Shown: piece by piece, positions 39,001 through 54,000 of the stretch | How the letters are laid out: each line of letters begins with the position of its first letter | How positions within the stretch are numbered: the stretch's first letter is position 1 | Source: Obrimoposthia wandeli | Lineage: Eukaryota | Direction: 5' to 3' | NCBI GenBank assembly: GCA_977020255.1 | Contig: CDROCS010000177.1 | Location: 62,001 to 126,000 of the forward strand | DNA: 64,000 bases | Position numbers and translations under genes: made by a program | Notes under the pieces: generated by a model | Databases searched by the model: none | What the model was told of the DNA's origin: nothing | The model's input: the letters and a program-made list of their open reading frames with translations, nothing else

Positions 39001-42000
39001 CTAGAGTCCACAATTTTTCATATGAGTCTTTTCAAAAAGGGTTATAAACATGACTTGAAATATTTAAAATTAAGTTAATTTTGCTTTAATAATACAAAGT
39101 TCCACAAAATGTTAAGTTTTTGAAATCATAAATAAAAACATTTTATTAAATCATATTAAAATAAACAGCATATGACTTTAATATTTTTCATGAGATTATT
39201 TAACCGTGTAGATCCTGACTACTAACTTGTCAATAATTACAATACTAACAATGATATACAAAACATCAGAGAATCTTCGTCATTAAATATATGCGACCCA
39301 ATGCTTCAAATAATGATATCATAGATGATTCTGAAGCTTGACATACATAACCTTTATCTTTCATACATAACTGATTACATAAATATGTAAAGTTTAACAC
39401 ACACCTGATGATATCAATATATTAAAAACAAACCTATGTGAAACATCGGGACATACTTTTTTTTTTCAAAAAGTATTTCATCATGATGAAAGATAATAGG
39501 GTCAAATGCTAGTATATAAGCAATCACTGAAATTAAGGTCTTAAAATGTACTGTCAGCTTTCCAGAACTGAAGTTATGAATGAGTATTCATTCAATTCTC
39601 ATCTAAATGGAAAATATCACAAGGTATAGTATATATTTATTTATATAATTTTTTGTAGAAAAATATTCTAAGGCAATCAATACAAATGAATATTAAAACA
39701 AATAATCAACAGTTAAAAGAAGTTAGTTAAAAATAATAATGTTATATATTAATTTATTCAGCATTGTAAGCAAATATCACAATCTCTACTTTTTTCGGTT
39801 ATTTAAACTATTGGCTTTTATTCGTTTGTAGAATTGACTTTTTTAAATAATAATATAGGAATAAAAGAGATTTAAAACAAAATAAGATAAACTTATTTAT
39901 TTGATATAAAATACATACACATGTTTAAACATTTAAAATAAGCACAATATGGTCCATGATCGCGAAACGGACATCTAATATTCTTTGGATATTCAACATT
40001 TTGAGTATGCATATTTAATTCTGCAAACTTCAAGCTAGGAAATATACTTTTCAAACATTTTTCTTCTTTTCATCCAACACATAGTAAATATTTTCAACAT
40101 CTTCAATGATTGGCATCAAATCTATACCTTCATGCCAATGTATTTTATGAAGATAGTTTGTAAGATATAGATTCAAGTCTCTAGTATTATTCTCCAAATC
40201 AATCCACATACACGGACTTTTTAATATAAAATGATGAGATTACAAAATATTATCAAGATATATAATACATAATTATTTGATTATTACATATCCATCATTA
40301 TCAATGAAATTTTCATAATCAATAAATGCCATCTAATAAATACTTGTGAGTTTCAATAAAATTGTTTATAGCTTTAATTAATTCTTCTGGAGAACTATAC
40401 ATTTATTTTCTAATAAAATCTTTTTCTATCTGTGGATCTATTTTTTTAAAATCTTTTCCAGATTAGATAATTTCATTACAAATCATAAAACAAAGACATT
40501 ATTGTTTATAATACTTGTATTTTCAACCACAAGAAACATAGAGGACCACAATTTAAAGTCAGGGGATTTTGACACTTATACGTATTATAATGTACTCGAC
40601 GACCTTGACTTGATATGATAGATACCAACTTTGGAGGATAGTAGAAACCTAGAGGATCAAACACTTTAATTTCTTCATTTTTTATATATATAGCAATACA
40701 ATGTTCACCAGGGAGATTGCTTGAATGCGCATTGATAACATAGCCACCATCAAATAGATTCGGAATTTCGTCCAGAGAATATACTCCAATAAATTCATCA
40801 CCGAGGAAACATCTTCTAGATTTCAAAATTTTGAAGTACTAAAAAAAAAAAAAAAAACATTAAATTTACTTACTTCATACAATAACTGTTTTTGTTCCTG
40901 TAATTTGAATTTCAGAATCAAAAAATCCGTAAATCAGCACACTTGTAGGGCAGCAAGCGCTTCGGAAAATTTTATTTCAAGTTTTAAATGACCATTTGGT
41001 AATTGAGTGGTGTTTATATCAAAATCAGGTGCCAAAACAAATGTAATGAGAATATAAAATTTTTTATAATCACTAAATGTAATTCCATTATTTACATTTT
41101 TGTCTAAAATACCCATATTGTGTATTATTGATTTTACATATGTACTACAATAATTATCCTTTACAAAATCTGTGGTATAAGCTTCTCTAAAGTCATTGTA
41201 TGTTTTCAGAGTACATCTAAACTGTCTGGTAGTTTTTCTACTGATTCTTCTACTTTCATCATTTTAAAATTTCTGATTTAACTCTAACAAAAAACAATGA
41301 CTTTAGAGAAGCTTATAGAAACCCTCACATCCACCTACTTAATATATTTTTTCAATAATATAACACTATAAATAAAATCAAAAGAAACATGTTTTTATAA
41401 AATTTTCAGGTTGAATCTGGAGGATCCTTTTTCTTGCAGCTCGTTGTTTGTCCTTCATATCAACCTTTAATTTTCTGTCAATTGTCGTTTCTCCAATTAC
41501 ATCTTATTGCAGTCCAGGATCCTTCTTCGTTCAGCTAATCTCCTGTCCTGAAACTCAACCTTTCGATTCCACTCATTCGCAATAGCAACATACAAATTTT
41601 GATTTAAAATCTTATTTCGTAAGTCTCCTGTCTTTATATATTTTCGGATATTCACCTCTTTTCTTGTGACGAAATTCTTCATCTCTGGACATGCTGATCT
41701 TGCTCGTGCTTTCGCTGCTCTTTCTTCGCTCACCACCGGTGAGTCTTTATTAAGTAAGTATATATACTGCGACGGGGGTGGCGTTCGCTGTTATACTAGA
41801 TAGATATCTCTATACAGCTGCACCTCCATCTCTTCGTCTAAGTGAACGTTGTTGTAAATGGCATTTTTGATTTATGAAAAAAGGTCTCCTTATATACACA
41901 AACATTAGACTAACCCCTCTTGTATCGTTCAATGAGAGTGTGTTATTCAAATATTTGATTTGAAAATCCGTAGTCTTTTCTAAAGTCTTTGACTACGTTT

Positions 42001-45000
42001 GAATGTGAGTATATCATTGGATAAAAAAAATATTTTATTCAAAACATTTTAGTATTTTGATAAGATTTTGTCGATTGTAAGTAGTAGGAGAGTAGAGATT
42101 TTGAGGGAAAAACCTAGAATGTAGTATCTAGATATAAATATTTACACAAATTTTTTCGTGACCCTGCATGTATATTGTTCATTGAACCACCGCGGGCCCG
42201 AATATCACACGTTGGCCCTCAGATGACCTCTCAGGCACTTCCTCACTATGAGATTTTCAGTTTTAAGGAGTCTTAAATGGGATTAATTAGTGTTTTGTGG
42301 TGGGGTAGAAAAAAACACTTATAGTTTTCTTTATATAATTCATAAAGTCATATATAGTGATTTAGTGGCAGTGATTCAGAAGTCAAGAATCGTAGGGACC
42401 TGCTCGAAATCGCTCTTGATGGAATTCAAGTATACTATGTGCTTAATCTTCGAATTTCAGTTTGCCACTGTTAGCAGCTGCAATTTCCATTTACGTCAAG
42501 ACGTGATTTCAAATTTTATTTTAAATCCGAATATTTAAACAATTATTTCAAATCTCAATTGTGAATAATTTAAATTTGCACTTGTTCAGATTTTCTTCGG
42601 AGAAAACCAACTCTTCAATTGTATAGCCACGTATATAAAACATAAATGTATAAATATTAATCGATTTATTTTACTTGGATATTGTTATAATACTTTATTT
42701 GTTTATTTTAAATTTTAATCATTAAATTTGAATTTAAAATATATCCTAACATCCCTCTTTTTAAAACTTTTGAGCTTTTTGATGTTTCTGGTGGTCTGTT
42801 TTTTTTCCTTGTCTTTTAACTTATTTGATCGTTCATGATTTTTTTAAATTATTTTATAAAGTCCTTCGAATCTGTTTTCATTTTATTTCTATTTTCTTTC
42901 TTTACCTATACTTCTTCACCCATTTCAAAAGTCCTCCGAGTAACTTCTGTTTTTGTCTTATTTTGATTACTCAGATTTTCTCTTAATTTATCTTTATCGG
43001 TTTGTGTTTCACTGTACCATTTCAGTCTGTCAATCTTCTTTCCGAATATAACCTCTGCAGGACTCACTTCGATTGTTTTCTGTTTCGTCGCATTTATTGT
43101 AAACTCTACGTCTGTTAACAATTCAGCCATGTTGTATTGTTTTTTTGACTTTACACTTCTAATTATATATTCTCTTATTGTTCTAAATTGTCTTTCTATG
43201 ACTCTATTAGTATTATAATGATAAGGCTCGAAAATTCGATACTTTTTTTGTGCATTGATTCTTTAATTTTAAATGATTTAAAGCTTTCCCACAATCTACG
43301 TGAATTTCCTTTGGAGCTCCAAATTTCAAAATCCATTTATTTAATGTCGTTTTTACTATGGTGTCCTCACGCTGTCTTTTTATTGCTGTTAAAACTATAT
43401 ATTTGATATAATAGTCTATCATTGCTATTATTTATTTATTTATTTACTGTTTCTTTACACGGTCCACATATGTCTATATATATATTTTTTTTCAAATAAC
43501 TCGCTGGTCGTTATTTTTACCGTATCTTCTTCACCATCTTTTCTCTAGTCTTCTCCATTTTGGCTAGGTCAAAGTACCTTTGACACGCTGTAATGAAGAC
43601 CTCTATGTCATCATTTCTTTTGTAACGGTCTGGTATTAGTCTCTCGGTTAATTTTTCCGAGGACGTGGTCGCCATGTTAGCAGCTGCAACTTCCATTTAA
43701 GTCAAGATGTGATTTAAACAATTATTTAAATCTCAATTGTGAATAATTTCAATTTGCACTTATTCAAATTTTCTTAGGAAAAAACCGACTTTTCAATTGT
43801 ATACAAAATATAAATCTATAAATGTTAATCGATTTATTTTACTTGGATATTGTTTTAATCCTTTATTTGTTGTATTTTAAATTATAATCATTCAATTTAG
43901 ATTTAAAATATATCCTAACAGCAACCTTGACCACTGTACCATCCACCCTCCAGTAAACTGATTTTGTGCAGTTGAAAGTGTATATATGTTTTCATACACC
44001 CACATGCACGAAATTTCACTCCTCACACATGCATGAAATTTCACTCCACACACATGCACGGTTTTAAAGGACAGTGGTACCCCCTAGGAGGAGTGGGGGT
44101 GGATTAGACTGGACATATCCACCTACTATGATTATATATTCAATTGAAACGTATACCTTTTAAATATTGAAATTTTCTAATATTTATAGCTTGTTATTAA
44201 TGATGTGTCTACTTTATTTATTTATTATTAAAATTTTGTAGAAATATGTCTAATACTGACGGTATGAATTTGTAATTGTAGTAAATAGTCTATCTTGATT
44301 ACTTCTGATGTTTTGATCATTTAAACTTTTATGTGCACCATTACCTTTTACCGCTTGATTTAAAGTGTCTGATTTTTTCTGGATCTATTTTGTCAATAAG
44401 TTAATCATTTGAACTGCACAATTAGCATTATCGGTGACTTTTATCATAAACGTTTAAAATAACCAAACGGTCAGAAAGTTAGTTAGATTTAACACATTTA
44501 TATAAAAAATATTTTATATTAGAAAACTTATATTTTTGTTTCGTGAACTCGCGCCAATTATAAATACATTGAAGTCTTAGATTTTCTTTAAATATATTTA
44601 TGTGATACATATCAGGCGTGTAGCCAGGATAATTCAATGGTAAAGTTGAAATTCAATTAAACAAAAAAAACCCAGTTCGTCATCCGTTTATGTATTTTAA
44701 ATTTTATAGGCTTTTTTTATTTATAATTTTGACAATTTGCATAAATTATGAAGTTTTTAGGTGTATGCTGCAATTTATTCCCTGTTAGATGAGTAGGAAC
44801 GGTTTGATATAAAATGTGCTGAACTCTGGTATATTAAACATTTTCGTTAGACGATAACACTTTACAAATATTTAGAAATCACCCATGAAACAAGTAGAGA
44901 TACTAATTATAATTTATACAACTAAAGCACGCTTTGTGATCGGAATAGCAAATTTGTTATTTACAGTCAATGTTTGTATCTATATCGCATTGCAAGTATA

Positions 45001-48000
45001 TTCTCATAAATCCATTAGGCTGTTTTGTTATCAAATATTTCAATCATGACCATGGGCACTTTGTGATTGCAGAAGTAGCTGGACCGACTAAAAGAGCACA
45101 GAAGCTGATGTGTTAGAGTCTGGCAGTTATGCATGCTTTTCTGTGTTGATCTGAAAGGTAAAGTTGTCGTTTGCTTGCAAAATGTATTGGGCTATATATG
45201 GTTTATAGCAAACTGTGTACATATACGAGAGTATGGCCTGAGCTTGTTGATTACTGTCGACTGCATTTTCCCCCAAAGTATATCTGTCTTTTATTTATGA
45301 ATATAGTTTCATTTTTACACTTTACTTGCTATCCCATTTCAGAGTGTTTTCTGTAATTTATATCCTTAAAGTTCATGTACAATGATCAACTTGGGGAATA
45401 TTTTAGAGGCAGAAACACTTTGCTTGACCAATATCCATAATAGCATGTCAAAAGTTTCTCTTTTTGTCAATAACACTGTGCAACACAAATTTATATCTGA
45501 ATAATGAACAGCTGATTACTATGCAGAATTTTGTGATAATTTCAGGAATACCAATTAAAAATAGATCTTATAATAGATTTTATAAATCAAATAATTGTAT
45601 TTTTAGAAAGATTTATATTAATATGATATATTAAAACTAACAATAAAGATAAAATGATTTTATTTTTAGCAATATTTTCTTTTGAAAAATTTATATTAAA
45701 AATCGATTTAAAACAAATTAATACAAAACTTCAATGATTCAAAAAAATAGTTGAATTTACATTAATTATTTTATGAATTTACGTTTTGAACCCTATGAAT
45801 TTTACTCACAATTGAACAAGTTTCACGAGAATTCTTTGCAGATGTAGTGAGTTCCATTTATTTATTGTGGTGAGTTCCATTTTACTCTAGACTAAAAGTA
45901 AACTTTAAATATTAATGATTGTAAGAAAATTGTTACTTTAAAGTTAACAGTTAAATCAAAAGACTTGCTGGTCTGTGCTTGAACCTAATCAATGAAATGT
46001 GACTTTCATTATCTGTTTGGCTGATCTGTGCTTGAACCTAATCAATGGAATGTGACTTTCATTATATGTTTTGCTGATGTTTGTTTTAATCCATTGTCTT
46101 AGCAGATGACAAACAGAAGAATTGAAAGGACATAGTTGTATGGTTCTATTGGGGATTTAAGTTCCCCCCAAGCTCATTATACATGACCTTGGGATATTTA
46201 TTAGCCTGGTTTAGTCAAGACAACTACCACAACAAGTCAATGTGTACTTGATCTACAAGGTTGCTTATGCCAGCGACTGGGGTGACCATTAGCAACTCTA
46301 GTTACATTTCTCACTTACGGAATAAAGTTTTTGATGAATCTATTTTTATCAGCAATATTTCAGCTTTTCTCGATTATATTTTTATGGTGATTTGCAACTG
46401 TCAGCTTTTCTCTTTTATTACTTTGCTTGAAACTCATTTTATTCAATATATTCAAATATATGGTTGACTTTTGTATGTGTAATTGACTCAAATCTGACAG
46501 GTTTCACAAGTGAACAAATCGGTAAAGAATGGGAATTATGAACTGAAGAAAATATTAGCCAAAACAAAGTGCAATTTTATTTATTTTATTATCTAAAGTA
46601 GATTTTCAAAATTCTCTCATATTCGCTCTGAAGAAGGTGGATAAACACTGTCATAGGTGAACTGTCATATCTCGCTCTGTCATAGGTGAACTGTCTGATA
46701 GTATCCCAGTATGAATATAGAATTGGCAGTATAAGAAAATGCAATAATGTCTTTGAACATAATTTTATAATTTGTATCTTTATTTCTTTATAACCTAATT
46801 TTGGTTGATTGAAATGCATCGAATCTTTAAAATTTAACAGATTTTATTTGTTGATGAAATAGTTGTCAAAATCTTTTTCTTTATTTTGCTCAATAAAAAT
46901 AATTAAAATTCATTTCGATTGATAACTTAAAACTGATGGATTCTAAATCCGATGTCAAAATGTAGGTAAACTTCTGAACTTTGATGTAAAATGTTAAATG
47001 TACATTTACTGCGATTGTTTTGAGTGAAATTTAGCTGCCTATGTTTACTTTATTCCCAGCCTATCTGCCTATGTATCAGTTATGTTTCTGTAAAGATATC
47101 CGGTTAAATCCACGGTGGCTTGTGCCATTTTATAGCTGACAACGACACCTCTCACATTGCAATTCACAAATTTAAGTTCAATTTATATCATATAAAATCT
47201 TTGTATTTCACAACCTTCTGGTATAGTTTATTATGGCCCTTGTACACTTGTTTAAAATAATTGAGAATGAGCTACGTGAATAATTTTATAGTACAAGGAT
47301 TAAATATTTCCTCAATGGTCTAAAGTAATACTTTACCTTTACATTTATTTAATATATTTGTGGCTAAGAAATCTATATTTACAAATAAAGCAACATTTTA
47401 GATCCTTTCTATTATTAATTAATTTAATTAGTTCTGTTACACAATTATATATATTTTCATTTTCGAACATTGCGTTTTTTAACAATTCACCAAGTCCGAA
47501 TATAAAATAGATGAAAATTATTAAAAATAAATGCTCAATGGAATACACATTTCACTCAAGACTGTAACTTACGCTAGAAAAGGTTAGTCGACTTTTGTTG
47601 GTTCACTGCAAGATGAAGTTTTATTTATCGCTTAAGCACTTCTAACTTTTATAAAATGCATCATAAATTTATCCTAGTTGTCACATTTGATTTCATTCAG
47701 CGCTTCCTCCACTGCTTCTTCCTCTGTATTTCCACTATGAAAATATCTACTTCGTGTTCAAGCGTGGCAAATGGAAGGTGGATTTCTGGTTCTTTGAACT
47801 GCTTGACATGCAATGTTTTCAGGACTTCGTTTTCGAGGTGTCATTTTATCTGAAGTTTTTCCTGCTCTTTGGATACTTTCTGGAGTCGTGGTTTGTTATC
47901 TTCAGCTTCTATATGTTGGCAAGGTAATTGCATTTCAAGTGTAAAAGTCATAACATTAAAAATATAAGCGTTTAACTTGACTCAAATTATGTCATTTAGG

Positions 48001-51000
48001 AAATTTTTTATTACCTTTACACACTGCATTGAAACTGATGATTTTTACATGGCTTCGATTTGACAAAATTTTCTAGCTACGGTCGTATATTTTTCAAGTT
48101 ATGCACTTAAAATTATAGTGTTTCCTAGGGATTACATAGGTCACGCCTATTGAATTTTGTAAAAAGGTAAGAGAAACGGAGAAATCGTATTTTTCGTATA
48201 CAGGATGTTTTTTACGGTATGAAACTCTCAATATGGTCTTTAATCGCATATAAGATATTACATTACATTAATTTAAAAATATTTATTTTCATGACACTGA
48301 TTTTTTTAGTTTTTAATGGATTGGTAAATATATTTTTAAACACTTTAAAATACTTTTTAATCTATGTTTACAACAACAAAAAAGATGAAATAGAAGGCAT
48401 CAGATTAGAATAAAGTATTAAATGTAAAAGTGATGAACAGTTTTTCAATATCGAGTGTGTCCACTACATGGTGTGATCTAAAATGTCCCGGACTAATTAA
48501 GAAAGAATAAAAGAATTAAAAAACAAATATATTTTTATTCAATATATGAACTGTTAACATCAACAATTTTATTCCAACGATTAAGAAGTTCTTGGAAGGC
48601 TTTTGAAAAGAAAGCTTCGTCTTGCGAGTTAAACCAGGTGGTACTGATTCCTTGATCTCTTCAGAATCACTAAACTTAGTACCTCTAAGAATCTTTTTCA
48701 TCCGCTGGAATAGATAAAAGTCGCTAGGAGCGATATCTAGGCTATATGGAGGATGTGGTAGTAATTCAAATTTACAGTTGACTATTGTTTCTAACGTTTT
48801 CTTAATCGTATGGATTGGTGCATTATCATGCAATAACCACAAAGGAATTTTTTGTTGTACACTTTCGAGCTTCCTTTAAAATTTAACAATAATATTTAGC
48901 ATTAATTTTATACGGCTTCTTTAAGAATATAACTTTAAAACTCTTTTATTATTCCAAAAAACTGAAAGCATCAATTGTCGTCTTTGAGAACTTCCCGTCT
49001 TTAACGTTTTGGGCACTGGTTCATCCTTCTTTTTCCATTGAGCCGATTGCATTTTTGTTTCTGGTAAATATGGGGATAAAGGAGTTTCAACTTTGTAATT
49101 ATATTGTTTAAGAAAACATAACTATATTGGTCATAAAACTTTAAACATTCGGAAGCACAAGTTATTCTTCTCTTTTTCATTTCAGGTGTCAAATAAACAG
49201 GAACAAACTTCGAAAAAACCTTTCTGTACCCCATGTCTTTAATCAATCTTTGGCATGACTCATATCCAATGTTTAATAACTCACTGAGTTTTCTAATTGT
49301 TATTCTTCGATTCTGCAAAATGAGAGCATTACGCAATTCTTCTTTATTGTCAGAAATTTCGCTAAGATGACCAATTTCAGAGTAATCTTGTTTGACATCT
49401 TCTCTTCCATGCTTAAATTCCCAAATACAATAATATATTGTTGTTCTTTTAGGGCACTCATCTTTATATACATGCTTTAAATCTTAAAATATTTCTTCGT
49501 TCGAACAATTCTTTAATATTTAAAACATTATTACCGATCTATACTCAATTTTATTTATTCATTACAATTTATATGCCTAAAATTTAGATTATAATCAATA
49601 AATTAAAAATTAAAAGTACTTTTAGTTACTATTAATAAACCTTCAATTTACACTAAAAATTATCACAATCGATTGTTTCTTTCTTAATTAGTCCGGGACA
49701 TTTTTTATCATACCATGTATGTTTAGAAACACATTCGGATAATCTTGGTACACTATCGACTAAATTTCTGATGGTATCGACAGATACTTTATTCCATTCT
49801 TCTATCAATATTTGTTTTAGTTGATCATTGTTATGGTTATGGTTACTTTTCATTTCAAATGTGTTCAAAATTGCTTGATAGTACTGGCCACGTTCTTTCT
49901 GGATTTAAGGCATATTGATTTCTTGGAGAAATTGTTGAACGTACTATTGAAAATGGCATGTGGTGAGGTTAAGCCAGAAAACAAATGCATTTGGTTGATT
50001 GAAATATAGGTTTGAAATCGAATTAAGTGAGATTGGAGAATATTTTGGAAAACAACATGATCAAGTATATCACTCTCTTGCATGAAAGGCAAACTTATAT
50101 CAATAAATCTGATAGTGCATCATATCAATACATGAGCGGGAAGTTTTTCTTACCAGTGCATTGAATGTTAGTGGAAACAGGTTTCGATCCATTTGTATAA
50201 TATCCAGAGTTTCCTGGCATTGATCCCTGACACAAATCATTTATGACAATTAAAACATCTGATGATGTCTTGAAAATTATTTTCCCAGATTTAAAAAGTA
50301 TTTGAGACTTCTTTTTTGTTGTGGAAATCCTATCTTACCATTCACCATCATTTTCTACCTTGAGTAAATACTAAGGTTAGAATTTCATATCCATCGCTAT
50401 CACTCTTCTTTTCGAAACACTGATGACTTACATTTTTGTAGCTTGCCGACATTCACTATCTGTTGCTAATTAATGTAAATTTACAATTAATTGTAGAATA
50501 AGAATGTTTTGCTTAATCAGCAATTATTACAAAAATTCGAGAGAACCAAAGCTAATGCCACGTTCGTCTCAATTTAGAGTATATATAGGTCTGGTTTTAT
50601 AATATAATATTGTCAGACAATTTTATTGATTTCAGTGTTGTCCAAAATTTCTATCAGTGTATTTTTATTCAAATGTTTAAATCGTGAAGGTTTTTGACGT
50701 TTTGTACATCCAACTATTTTTCTTAGTGTTTTTGATCATTACAGCCGTTTAATTAAAGTTAGTACACGTGAAAGAATTTTTGGTAGGAAACTATGTACAG
50801 AAACTAAAGCAAAATGAATTGTTTGGAAAATATTAGCATAATTCAGTAATGGTTATTATTGATGTCAATCAAAAGGAAAGCGCTGAATCACCAATTGAAG
50901 TATATATTGCTATTTGACAAAGTTCATTACGACGGAACTTTTACTACTAAAACTTTTAGAAATTTTCGTCGAAAGATAGAAACAAAATCCTTAGACACTC

Positions 51001-54000
51001 ATAAAATCTCCATAGAAATTGACAATGACATTTAGCTGTTGTTCTTCATTGAGTGTAGGCATTTTTAATGATTAAGAAAAATGACAATAAAAGTTTGTAT
51101 GGTCAATTAAATGTTTTGACTATTTTACCTTAGAACTCTCTGTGTAAAAAATAGCATCTGAATAATGTTATGGAAGCAATAATTATAACAATAAACGTTT
51201 TCCGTGAACGAGCACTAAATCATCGCTAAACTGTTACAGTGCTTGAAGAGATTGGAAGTGAGACAAATAAATATTTTATTATAATATAGTCTGATTAAAT
51301 CGAGGAGCTGTTTTGAAGCGTTTATTTTAATTTAATCAATGATATCACAGTTTTCATGGACTAAAATAAATCTTGCATCGTGTCAGTGTAGGTAATGTGT
51401 TGATTAGTGACTCAAAAATTAGATAGAAATACAGAACCAATTTAACTCCACAACGAAATTTATTTAACAATTCGGAAAAGAAAATGCTTGTGATATGTGA
51501 TGAAGAGTATTTTGAATTGGGTTTCAGATTCTTTGAGTCTTACTGGTTTACGCTTATCACTCAAATGTCTCACATTCCGATGGAGTCGGACCTGAACATT
51601 GATCTGAACTGGGTGCGGCACCAACTGGCAGCCACTTGCAACGTGTACAGTTCTGCCTTCAACGATTGGTTCACTGGGCATCTCAATTTCCAGATCGAGC
51701 ACCAGTAAGTTCACTTCCCATGTCCGAAAAAAATTAAAACCGGTAAATTAAAAACATCTAATTATTATTTTTTACTACTTTGATTTATAAGTAAGACATG
51801 TTTGTATATCTAGCATAACTTATGCAATTTGTTTACAATGATGCGCTTAGGGATCACAGGTCTAGATTCTTTTTGAAAGTGCAATTATAAAGCCAAAGAC
51901 CGACTTGTTTTATTACTGACTTAACGAAGTCATTATTGTTTTAATAATTGTATTTCTGTGTAAAAACAAAAGTTCTCCATGCAGTCTGTTTCCTGACATG
52001 CCTCGTCACAATTACAAGAAAGTTAAGCCATATGTACTGGCCTTGTGCAAGCAGTATGAACTCAACTACATCGACAAGCCTCTATCCACTGCGGTCTTCG
52101 ATATTCTACGGTGAGAGACTTTTATTTGGATTGTCATCATTTTCGAATTTTATTTGACAGGTTTCTATGATTTTTATTGAGACATTTAGGAAAGAATTGG
52201 GTATATGCAAAGAATCTGATGGAAATGTTATATAGATTTCTGGTTCTCAAATTTTTCGAAAATTATCAATAAAATATTATAGAAGACAAAAGTTAAAGGT
52301 CAAGATGATAATTTATGTAAAGAGAGAAGGCTGCGTAACATAATTATGATCAAGATCTTTAATGTTTATATTTAAGTCACCATATATACTTTTTCGTATT
52401 TTAAGTCTTATTTCTATTCAAAGTGTATGGAGAAGAGAAGGAAAATCTGTATTATTAAGAAGAATTTTGCCGGTAGAAGTTATAGCTAATACAATTTGCA
52501 AATGGGATAATGCCTATTTTCAGTTACATAATGAAATATTAAACACAAAAATTACACCTCATACTTTATCAACCAATTTTATGAAAAATTGGATTAGTAT
52601 TATTTACCAAAAGAAACTTCCATTAATGTTACTGACATATCTCATTTATACCTTTTTCTGACAAATTAAAATAATATGCAACAACAAAAAAATTTAATTG
52701 TCGACTTATTATTTTTTCAAATAAATTTATTCTTGGATACGTTTAAATAAAAGTTGTAAATAAGAGAAAAATATTTGAAAGTTATAAAAACAGTTTAACT
52801 TAATAGATTCAGAAGCGATAAATTATATAGTAATCTTGTCTTGAAGGGATTTTCTGCTGATTGTGGCCATTTTAGGTTTTTTGCAAATGATTCATGATAA
52901 AATCTATCAAATATTATTTGATAATTATGGACATGCTATATAATTTTAATATACTCATAAAACTAATGATTCAGATTCTGATTTTAAATGTTTCACGGGC
53001 ATCTTTTGATGTGTGGTAATAATGAAATAATTAAGATAGTATTATAAACTTTATATACAACATATATTAAAAGACAAAAATAGCCCTCTGTTTTGTATTA
53101 TAACTTTACTTATCACTTTTATGCGATTTCTAAATTACTTTTTTGTGTGTGGTATAATCAGCTAAATTAATAGGACCCGAAATAGTTTAATTGCTGTTGA
53201 AAGCTATATAATTTGTTTTATAAGGATTTTAGTTAGTTTTAATGGCTTGAGTGTGATATTATATATAGTTCATGCAAGAAGAAATTACTTAAAATTATTT
53301 TTACCTGCATGATACCGCAAGAGGCTGAACACAGTTATGCATTAGTAGGCTAGTTTTGACCTTTGGATTCTGGTAATTCTAAGTAAGAAATTCTGGGCCA
53401 ATATTGATCCTGATCCTCAATACGTTTTCCCGTATTCAAGTCTTACACCTGAACCATAAGACCGCATAACATTGTGCAATACCGAGTTTCAGTTATAGTG
53501 CTATACTTTCCCTGTGCTAAATAAATACACAATAGATAATATTAATTAGAGCCCGGGAACCACTAAATTGAAACTTTCAGCAATTAAGACATATAAAAAA
53601 TGTGCCAGGTTAAAAAGAAGCGCATTTGTAGCAATGATCTACTGTTATTTCGCATTATGCATGTCTATTAGTTCATACTTATTAGCGGTTGTTTTATTCC
53701 GTATTTTCCGGTAAGCATTGTATAACCCCGTCATTAAAAAATTATATTTTTAATTGCATAACCCGCACTCACTAAAAAACCCGCATATCAAAAAATATAA
53801 ATTTGTAATAACGGGCATTTATTAGTGTTGTTTTCAGAGTGATATTTATTATATAGATTAGTTTTTGTATAAAATCCTATATTTCATTAACATAAACTTT
53901 AAAAATAATTGAGCTTAAATTTTTTGTAAAATTTCATTTTTTTGAATGTTAGCATCATAATGTTTTAATATTATTTTAGATGAATGTTTTATTTGAAATT

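Larger units (their letters stand above)
38056..41339 (-). mobile_element. Second deleted Polinton nested in the first, TIR AGTAGGTGGATGTGAGGGTT, perfect 6-bp TSD TAATAT
   Basis: The 20-bp TIR occurs at 38056 and inverted at 41320-41339. TAATAT is at 38050-38055 and 41340-41345. The element carries capsid, protease and accessory-gene remnants. Confidence 0.85.
37940..44127 (-). mobile_element. Internally deleted, non-autonomous Polinton/Maverick (outer element) with ~100-bp TIRs and 6-bp TSD ATGATC/ATGATT
   Basis: The left TIR AGGAGGTGGAAATGTCC..AAAACCGTGCATGTGTGTGGAGTGAAATT and its inverted copy ending ..CCACCTACT at 44127 both match the terminus at 55619. Internal segments are reverse-complement homologues of 55790-55900, 56430-56790 and 58300-58600. 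Confidence 0.85.

Noticed and set aside
46100-46260. [25 protein letters not shown] looked like a desaturase exon or paralog relic
   Set aside because: It has in-frame stops and no phase-compatible donor. The true exons 6-7 were found at 47701-47923.
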